From Erysipelotrichaceae bacterium (GTDB lineage: Bacteria; Bacillota_I; Bacilli_A; Erysipelotrichales; Coprobacillaceae), in NCBI GenBank assembly GCA_028698185.1, contig JAQVDW010000018.1:1-32000 (forward strand): a DNA stretch of 32,000 nucleotides. The letters run 5' to 3'. The notes under the pieces were generated by a model. The model had not been told where the DNA came from, ran no database searches, and saw only the letters and a list, made by a program, of their open reading frames with translations. The position numbers and the translations under genes are program-made. Positions within the stretch are counted from its first letter, which is position 1, and each line of letters starts with the position of its first letter. Below are positions 26,247 to 32,000 of this stretch, piece after piece.

Positions 26247-26891
26247 GCGTTTTTCCAGATAATCGATCACGTGGTTGAGACTTGGCAGGATCTCTGTCGC
26301 CAGCTGGGCAGGCTGACCTTCGATGGTCACCATGTCCGGGATGGCGATGACTTTGACATCGGCCAGAAATGATGCCATGATGCCGGCTGGAGAATCCTCA
26401 AGGACATAGGCTTCATGGGAATCGATATTTAGCTTCTTGATCGATTCCAGGAAGATGTCCGGTGCCGGTTTGCCGTTTTTGATCTCGTCGCCGCAGATGA
26501 CGTCATTGAAATAATGAGTCAGATTGGCTTTGGCGAGGATATGGTCAACCCGGTGGCGCGAAGAAGAGGTGGCCACCATGGTGAGGTAGTTGTTTGTCTT
26601 CAGGTAGTCGAGCAGCTCGAGCAGACCTGGTTTGATTGTTGGTCCGACTGTATCGAATTCCTGGGCTATCAGTTCGTAGACATTGGCCACGAGCTGTTTG
26701 CAGTCGACGTTCTTGTAGTTTAGCTGCAACCGGTTAAGGTTGTCTTTATGGTTAGAGCCGATCATCGAGCGGTAGAATTCCTCGCTCATCGATTCTCCTT
26801 GTTGTTTTAGCAGATGGTTGTAATAATTGTACGTGGTGCGCTCGCTGTCGATCATCAAGCCGTCCATATCAAAAATTATCGCTTTTATCAT
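26244..26891 (-). CDS. HAD-IA family phosphatase (beta-phosphoglucomutase-like)
   Basis: Motif I is IIFDMDGLMIDSE. A later ATSS motif and a GDEIKNGKPAPDIF segment (Lys motif) are present, together with a VLEDSPAG-type motif IV. Confidence 0.85.
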   Translation of the reverse strand: MIKAIIFDMDGLMIDSERTTYNYYNHLLKQQGESMSEEFYRSMIGSNHKDNLNRLQLNYKNVDCKQLVANVYELIAQEFDTVGPTIKPGLLELLDYLKTNNYLTMVATSSSRHRVDHILAKANLTHYFNDVICGDEIKNGKPAPDIFLESIKKLNIDSHEAYVLEDSPAGIMASFLADVKVIAIPDMVTIEGQPAQLATEILPSLNHVIDYLEKR

Positions 26892-26967
26892 TGTTGTCTC
26901 CTTGATTGTTGTGGGTCTATCTTATCACAATTAATGGGGGATTAGTAGTCTTTCCTGAATCTGAAAA

Positions 26968-26992
26968 TAAAAAAACGTCCCATAGGAACGTT
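26968..26992 (-). terminator. Probable terminator after the tRNA cluster
   Basis: On the minus strand an imperfect stem (AACGTTCC..GGGACGTT) is followed by T7. Confidence 0.5.
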
Positions 26993-27002
26993 GCTTTTTA
27001 GT

Positions 27003-27079
27003 TGGCGGTCTGGACGGGACTCGAACCCGCGACCTCCGCCGTGACAGGGCGGCATTCTAACCAACTGAACTACCAGACC
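27003..27079 (-). tRNA. tRNA-Asp (anticodon GTC), encoded CCA
   Basis: The minus strand reads GGTCTGGTAGTTCAGTTGGTTAGAATGCCGCCCTGTCACGGCGGAGGTCGCGGGTTCGAGTCCCGTCCAGACCGCCA. Confidence 0.93.
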
Positions 27080-27087
27080 GTAAAAAA

Positions 27088-27178
27088 TGGCGGAGACAGA
27101 GAGATTTGAACTCTCGCGCCAGTTACCCGACCTACGCCCTTAGCAGGGGCGCCTCTTCAGCCTCTTGAGTATGTCTCC
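27088..27178 (-). tRNA. tRNA-Ser (anticodon GCT), long variable arm, encoded CCA
   Basis: The minus strand reads GGAGACATACTCAAGAGGCTGAAGAGGCGCCCCTGCTAAGGGCGTAGGTCGGGTAACTGGCGCGAGAGTTCAAATCTCTCTGTCTCCGCCA. Confidence 0.92.
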
Positions 27179-27273
27179 AGGTTTTTACTGCTTTTACATG
27201 ATAGCATTTATTTACATGTGTTGCAATACTTTTTTTCACTTTTTTCAAACACTGTCCAATGTTTAGAAAAAAA

Positions 27274-27349
27274 TGGTCTCCCCGCACGGGCTCGAACCGT
27301 GGACCCTCTGATTAAGAGTCAGATGCTCTACCAACTGAGCTACGGAGAG
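27274..27349 (-). tRNA. tRNA-Lys (anticodon CTT), encoded CCA, unusual C1:G72
   Basis: The minus strand reads CTCTCCGTAGCTCAGTTGGTAGAGCATCTGACTCTTAATCAGAGGGTCCACGGTTCGAGCCCGTGCGGGGAGACCA. The body is a canonical Lys tRNA. The acceptor pairs CTCTCCG with CGGGGAG. Confidence 0.85.
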
Positions 27350-27476
27350 ATTGCATATCGCTTTGGGTTATCCCGAAGTCGACTAGTAAATAATACTACA
27401 TATTTTTGTTTTCTTCAATACAAAAATTGATTTTTTTTCAATAATTATATGATATACTTAAAAAAGAGGTGATGAC

Positions 27477-29213
27477 ATGTTTTATCGACAATCGTTACAA
27501 AATATTCAGGTGGTATTTATCAGCTTGGATGGGGCCCTGCTCGATCTTAACCACCTGCGCTACAATTACATTAAAAAACTCGGCCATGAACAGGGCCGGG
27601 AAGTCGACCTGGTCAAGTTCGACCGCTATCTAGGCAACTACCAGACCGGCTATGATTTCTTGGATTTCGACTTCGACGCAGCTAGGATGGAAGATGAGCT
27701 GTTCGAGTACGCCAAATATGCGACCAAGATCAAAAAGACCGGCAGCGACGAACTGCTCAAGTTCCTCAATTCCCGGGGCATCAAGGTCGCGATCTACACG
27801 ACCTACAAGGCCAAACGGGCGATATCCTATCTCCAGCTTAGCAAGCTTGACCAGTATGTCGATTACGTGATCGGCGGGGATTGCGAGTGCGCCCATCTGC
27901 CAGACAATGAGATCATCGAACTGGTGCTGGAGAAATTTGGCATCTGTCGCAATGAGCTTCTGGTGGTGGCACCCTACAAGTCACTTGTTGCCGCTGCCAA
28001 CCAGAGTTACTGCAACGTCATCTTTTTGAAGGACCTGGTCGAAGCCGATCTGGCTGTGGAACGGATGGTGTACAAGGTCGCCACCAACTGCTTCGAGATC
28101 ATGAACCTGTTCTTGTTCGACCGTTTCGACGACAACGAGATCTATGGCGGCGCTTTGAACTTTTCTAGAACGATGGACGAGGGCGAACTCGAAAAGACGT
28201 ACAACCACCTGGTAAAGGAGTTCGCTGACGATCCCGAACTGCTGCGCCTGGTGCGCCAGAGCTATTTCTACTACCTGGGCGAACTGCAAAACCGCCATTT
28301 TGAGGAGTTTGGCAAGAACCGTCTGAAAAACATCGACTATTCCAAGCTCAATGAAGGCCTGATGCTCAAGGACCACGATCTTGAAGTCAACCAGCTCAAG
28401 GAAAAGATCGAAAAGACGCTGACGTTGGATGTCACCAAGCTGGCCGCCCACAAGGGTGCGCCCAGGGAAGAATCGCCCCTGGACCGGCTTGAAGTCCTGG
28501 AATACGGCCAGACGCCCAACTATATCAAAACACAGCATCACTACGACAGTAAAGAGCCTGGAAACAAGGCCAAAAGGGAACAGCGCCTGAATCTAAGGGA
28601 CCTGGTCGCCAAAGATGCCAAGGACCTCAAGGTGCAGATGGTCGCCAAGAATGCGAAATTCGATCCGGAAGCAGCTGTGGCTCTGCCGGTCAAACCGGCA
28701 GATGACGAGGCTGAACTCCAGCTGGATTTTGCGAACGTCACCGCCAACCAGAAGGATACCCTGGACATGCTTAGTGCTCTCCACACCCGGGAGATCACCA
28801 AAAAGGAACTGAGTGAGACGGGGGTCAAGGAAACGCAGGACTGCCAGCTCGATTACAATAACGATTTCTATTACCAGAAGCGGGGGCCCTTTGCCTGGAT
28901 CCACCTGGTAGCCGTGCCCTTTGTCGCGACAATTTTGGGGATGGTGGCCTACCGGCTGTCCGGGGCGCCGTTTGAAAACCAGAAGGGCTATCTGGAAATC
29001 CTGGATTCGCTGCTGGATTTCTATCTCGATGGCATCCTGGCCATCTACCAGACACTGATCGACTTTGTCCATGTCCGGGCCGCCTTTGTCCCATCATTCG
29101 ATGCGCTGCTTGCCAGCGACTATCGGCTGTACATCCTGTTTGGCTTCTACTTTTTAGCCAACATGGTAATCTACGACTCGATTGTGTCCATTGTCCGGTT
29201 TGTCAGAAAATAA
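27477..29213 (+). CDS. Membrane-anchored protein with N-terminal HAD-like domain lacking the nucleophile Asp
   Basis: The product is 578 aa. The N-terminal VVFISLDGALLD aligns with HAD motif I (hhhDxDG) but reads S-L-D. The middle region is charged and low in complexity. The C-terminus has two or three TM segments (WIHLVAVPFVATILGMVAY and LYILFGFYFLANMVIY). Confidence 0.6.
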   Translation: MFYRQSLQNIQVVFISLDGALLDLNHLRYNYIKKLGHEQGREVDLVKFDRYLGNYQTGYDFLDFDFDAARMEDELFEYAKYATKIKKTGSDELLKFLNSRGIKVAIYTTYKAKRAISYLQLSKLDQYVDYVIGGDCECAHLPDNEIIELVLEKFGICRNELLVVAPYKSLVAAANQSYCNVIFLKDLVEADLAVERMVYKVATNCFEIMNLFLFDRFDDNEIYGGALNFSRTMDEGELEKTYNHLVKEFADDPELLRLVRQSYFYYLGELQNRHFEEFGKNRLKNIDYSKLNEGLMLKDHDLEVNQLKEKIEKTLTLDVTKLAAHKGAPREESPLDRLEVLEYGQTPNYIKTQHHYDSKEPGNKAKREQRLNLRDLVAKDAKDLKVQMVAKNAKFDPEAAVALPVKPADDEAELQLDFANVTANQKDTLDMLSALHTREITKKELSETGVKETQDCQLDYNNDFYYQKRGPFAWIHLVAVPFVATILGMVAYRLSGAPFENQKGYLEILDSLLDFYLDGILAIYQTLIDFVHVRAAFVPSFDALLASDYRLYILFGFYFLANMVIYDSIVSIVRFVRK

Positions 29214-29222
29214 GATTGGCTT

Positions 29223-29258
29223 GGCATCTTTTCTTCTTGAAAGGATGCCGATTTTTTT
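29223..29258 (+). terminator. Rho-independent terminator
   Basis: GGCATCTTTTC (29223-29233) pairs with GAAAGGATGCC (29239-29249), followed by T7 at 29252-29258. Confidence 0.85.
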
Positions 29259-29271
29259 GTTTGAATTTCTA

Positions 29272-29301
29272 TTGACAGGAGACGTCATTAATGGTTATAA
29301 T
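29272..29301 (+). promoter_or_regulatory. Near-consensus sigma-A promoter of the sulfatase operon
   Basis: The -35 is TTGACA (29272-29277), followed by an 18-nt spacer and a -10 of TATAAT (29296-29301). Confidence 0.75.
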
Positions 29302-29314
29302 GTAAGCAGTTACA
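29301..29314. promoter_or_regulatory. Operator-like palindrome O1 (TGTAAGCAGTTACA), abutting the -10 (shares nt 29301)
   Basis: A 14-bp imperfect inverted repeat of the TGTAAC-NN-GTTACA type. Confidence 0.5.
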
Positions 29315-29359
29315 GCGAGCCGGTTACAACAAGGCCTTATAGGCTGTTATTTTTTAATG

Positions 29360-29383
29360 ATATATGTAACCGGTTGCATATAT
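29360..29383. promoter_or_regulatory. Operator-like palindrome O2 (ATATATGTAACCGGTTGCATATAT)
   Basis: A 24-bp palindrome with one mismatch. The core TGTAACCGGTTGCA has the central CG typical of LacI/GalR-family and cre-like operators. Confidence 0.55.
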
Positions 29384-29397
29384 TTTTTGGGAAACAT

Positions 29398-29411
29398 TGT
29401 AACTAGTTACA
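29398..29411. promoter_or_regulatory. Operator-like palindrome O3 (TGTAACTAGTTACA)
   Basis: A perfect 14-bp inverted repeat, 22 nt upstream of the sulfatase ATG. Confidence 0.55.
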
Positions 29412-29433
29412 TAATTTGAAAGAGAGGATTATT

Positions 29434-31233
29434 ATGAGAGCAGTAATGGTTATGTTCGATTCACTGAATCGCCACATGCTTCCGAATTATGGTTGCGACT
29501 GGATCAAGGCGCCCAATTTCAAGCGGCTCGCTAAAAAAACGGTCAGCTTCGACAATTGTTATGCGGGCAGTCTGCCCTGCATGCCAGCTCGAAGGGAGCT
29601 CCATACCGGACGGTACAACTTCTTGCATCGTTCCTGGGGACCGGTGGAACCGTTTGACGATTCGATGCCCGAATTGTTGAAAAGAAACGGAATCTACACC
29701 CACCTGGTTTCCGACCACCAGCATTATTGGGAAGATGGGGGATGCACCTATCATACCCGCTACAGTTCCTGGGAAATCAGCCGGGGCCAGGAGGGTGACC
29801 CCTGGAAAGGCCGCGCCAATTATCGAAGCAAAGAGGATTCGCCGTTTTTCTGGAGCAAGATGGCAAAAAACGCGCCCGGCCAGAATATCCTGAAGCAAGA
29901 CGAGATCAACCGGACCTATCTCCAGGATGAAAAGGACATGCCCCAGGCGGTGACCTTCAAGAACGGAATCGACTTCATCAATGCGAACCACGACCAGGAC
30001 AACTGGTTTTTGCAGATCGAGACTTTTGATCCCCATGAACCGTTCTTCGCTCCGGCGCGTTTTCAGGAATTGTATCCCGACGACTATGACGGGATCGAAT
30101 TTGACTGGCCGCCCTACGGTCCGGTGATGGAAGACGACAGGACCGTGGCCCATGGCAAGAACCGATACAGCGCCCTGGTTAGCATGTGCGACCATTACCT
30201 GGGAAAGGTCCTCGATTTGATGGACGAGCACAACCTGTGGGAGAATACGATGCTTATCGTCAATACTGACCATGGCTATCTTTTAGGGGAACATGGCTGG
30301 TGGTCGAAATCGGTGATGCCAACCTACAACGAGATCGCCCATATCCCATTTTTCATCTACGATCCCCGTTTGAAAATCGCCGGGGAAAAGCGTCAGGCGC
30401 TGGTGCAGACAATCGACATCGCGCCAACCCTGCTGGATTTTTTCAAGGTGGCGATACCAGAGGCGATGGAAGGACGGCCGCTCAAGGACACGGTAGCATC
30501 TGACAAGAAGATCCGCGATCACGCGATGTTCGGGTACCATGGCAGCCACGTCAACATCACCGACGGCCACCATGTCTATATGCGCTCGCCGGTAAGCAAT
30601 TTCAACCGGCCCCTTTACGAATACACCCTGATGCCTACCCATATGAGATCGATGTTCGCCCCTGAAGAACTTGGCGAAATCGAGATCGCCGGACCATTCG
30701 GGTTTTCCAACAAGGCCAAGATGATGCGCATCGAAGTCAAGGCGGAAAGCTTCAACAAGCCAGCCTTCTTTGGTTCCAAGCTGTTCGATATCGACAGCGA
30801 TCCCGACCAGTTGAGCGAGATCGAAAATGAGGATGTCGAGTTGGCGATGATCGAGGCCATCCGCCAAAAGATGATAATCAACGAAGCTCCCGATGAGCAA
30901 TATGTCCGCCTGGGCATTGTAAAAGACCGGCCGCTGACACGGGGAGAACTCAGGATCCAGAAAGAACAGACAATCAATGAACGAAAAGTTGCCGGTCTGG
31001 AATCGTTCGAGTTCCAACATGGCAGTTTCAACATGGTTACCTGCCTGTTGAACCTGCTGGAACCGTCAAAAAGGGCAGGCCTTGTCGCCGATTTCAAAGT
31101 CCAGTTGGCCAACAAAAAAACTAAAACTGTCAAGGACAGGGATGTATACGAACTCCTTGGCAATATGGAACTTACCAATGATCAGTATGCGATGTATAAA
31201 TATTTTGTGAGTGTTGCGAGTCGTACTAAATAA
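29434..31233 (+). CDS. Cys-type sulfatase (formylglycine-dependent), no signal peptide
   Basis: The start is ATG 29434 (MRAVMVMFDSLNRH), behind AGAGAGGA. The canonical sulfatase signature is LPCMPARRELHTGRY (C-x-P-x-R...TG). The product is 599 aa with an extra C-terminal domain. Confidence 0.85.
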   Translation: MRAVMVMFDSLNRHMLPNYGCDWIKAPNFKRLAKKTVSFDNCYAGSLPCMPARRELHTGRYNFLHRSWGPVEPFDDSMPELLKRNGIYTHLVSDHQHYWEDGGCTYHTRYSSWEISRGQEGDPWKGRANYRSKEDSPFFWSKMAKNAPGQNILKQDEINRTYLQDEKDMPQAVTFKNGIDFINANHDQDNWFLQIETFDPHEPFFAPARFQELYPDDYDGIEFDWPPYGPVMEDDRTVAHGKNRYSALVSMCDHYLGKVLDLMDEHNLWENTMLIVNTDHGYLLGEHGWWSKSVMPTYNEIAHIPFFIYDPRLKIAGEKRQALVQTIDIAPTLLDFFKVAIPEAMEGRPLKDTVASDKKIRDHAMFGYHGSHVNITDGHHVYMRSPVSNFNRPLYEYTLMPTHMRSMFAPEELGEIEIAGPFGFSNKAKMMRIEVKAESFNKPAFFGSKLFDIDSDPDQLSEIENEDVELAMIEAIRQKMIINEAPDEQYVRLGIVKDRPLTRGELRIQKEQTINERKVAGLESFEFQHGSFNMVTCLLNLLEPSKRAGLVADFKVQLANKKTKTVKDRDVYELLGNMELTNDQYAMYKYFVSVASRTK

Positions 31234-31245
31234 GGAGAGATAACG

Positions 31246-32000
31246 ATGGAAAAGACAATGCGCAAAGCGAAAATTAGTGAAATATTGAAGTATGGTTTAG
31301 GTGGAGTTGGTTCCAACGTCGCCTTTATGCTGGTAATGGCATATCTGATGTTTTTCTACACCGATGTCTTTGGCATCAATGCGGCGGCAGTCGGCGGTCT
31401 GTTTTTCGTGACCCGCTTCATTGATGCGATAACCGATCCGATGATGGGGATGATCGCCGATCGGACCAGGTCGAAATAAGGGAAATTCCGGGTCTGGGTC
31501 CTGTTTGGAGCGCCGCTGCTGGGGTTGATGGTGGCGATGATGTTTGCAGCTCCCGATCTTTCCCCAACTGGCAAGCTGATCTATGTCTATGTGACCTATA
31601 TCGCCTACTCATTGATTTCGACAATTGTCAACATTCCGTACCATTCACTGACTCCGGTGCTTTCGCAAGATCCCGACCAAAGGACAGTCATTGCCACAAC
31701 CAAACAGCTGCTGGGGCAATTTGGGAATGCCTTTGTGACCATCGGCGCCATCCCGCTGGTGACGATGCTTGGTGGCGGAGCGCGGGCCTGGCAGATCTAC
31801 GGTATTGCCAGTGGAATCATCATTGTGATCGCATTCTATTTTTGCGCCTGGGGTGCGAAGAATCATGACGTTTCCAATGTTGTCACCAAGGAGAGTACAA
31901 GCGAAAACAAACCCAAACTGACATTCAAAAAACAGATGGCTTTGATTTTAAAGAACCGGGCCTTGTTGATGCTGATGATCGCTTTTGGAACCGACATGAT
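31246..32000 (+). pseudogene. GPH-family (MelB/YicJ-like) glycoside:cation symporter interrupted by in-frame TAA; runs off the window
   Basis: The N-terminus is FFYTDVFGI...ITDPMMGMIADRTRSK, then TAA (31477-31479). The same frame continues GKFRVWVLFGAPLLG... to the window end. This reproduces the conserved GPH motif D-R-T-R-S-(R/K)-x-G-K-F-R-P/V-W with the stop at position x. Confidence 0.7.

Noticed and set aside
27218-27430. 70-aa ORF on the plus strand.
   Set aside because: It is antisense to, and overlaps, a well-formed tRNA-Lys gene and its promoter region.
31477-31479. Stop-codon reassignment or readthrough as an explanation for the in-frame TAA in the GPH transporter.
   Set aside because: TAA, TAG and TGA all terminate well-defined genes in this window, so the standard code applies. 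A nonsense mutation or a sequencing error is the more parsimonious explanation.
1-32000. CRISPR arrays, rRNA genes, prophage structural modules and integrase/att sites.
   Set aside because: I saw no spaced direct-repeat arrays, no rRNA-like sequence and no tyrosine or serine recombinase ORF. The only mobility genes are the IS21 istA and istB.

Overview
This is a roughly 50% GC, Bacillota-like chromosomal segment. Supporting signs are tRNAs with encoded CCA ends, AGGAGG-type ribosome-binding sites, a stand-alone rpsD and a pyrF-pyrE pair. It carries two recognisable anti-mobile-element systems plus insertion-sequence debris.

(1) IS21 elements. A complete IS21-family element (1-2568) and an inverted, 5'-only relic of a related IS21 (12459-13071) bracket a 10-kb block. 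That block holds tRNA-Leu, transport and metal-related genes, and a strongly AT-rich insert at about 8770-12458. The insert is about 25-33% GC by eye on sampled lines, against about 50% in the flanks.

(2) Retron (best candidate system). The AT-rich insert contains a compact retron:
- a sigma-A-like promoter at 9066-9094;
- a ~129-nt msr-msd candidate closed by a perfect 11-bp a1/a2 inverted repeat (9102-9112 / 9220-9230);
- a 554-aa retron reverse transcriptase (9248-10912) fused to a C-terminal Toprim-like domain, the same domain architecture as Ec67 / Retron-Eco2.

About 0.9 kb of decayed or non-coding DNA follows. After that comes an orphan 202-aa protein that ends 18 nt from the IS21 breakpoint.

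(3) Wadjet. Positions 17677-25545 hold a translationally coupled four-gene SMC-like operon. I read it as a type II Wadjet (JetABCD, the TIGR02677/02678/02680/02679 layout) with its own promoter and terminator.

(4) Remaining content:
- housekeeping genes: rpsD, a DUF3783 gene, pyrF, pyrE, and four tRNAs (one tRNA-Leu plus a tRNA-Lys/Ser/Asp cluster);
- membrane, metal and other genes: an AEC permease, a YbjQ operon, beta-carbonic anhydrase, a ZIP transporter, a DUF362/4Fe-4S protein, a DUF975 protein, a CPBP protease, a GyrI-like protein and a HAD hydrolase;
- a sulfatase / GPH-transporter locus with a consensus promoter, three 14-bp LacI-type palindromes and an in-frame TAA in the transporter.

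No CRISPR array and no rRNA were seen. All family calls come from motif reading only; no database search was run.
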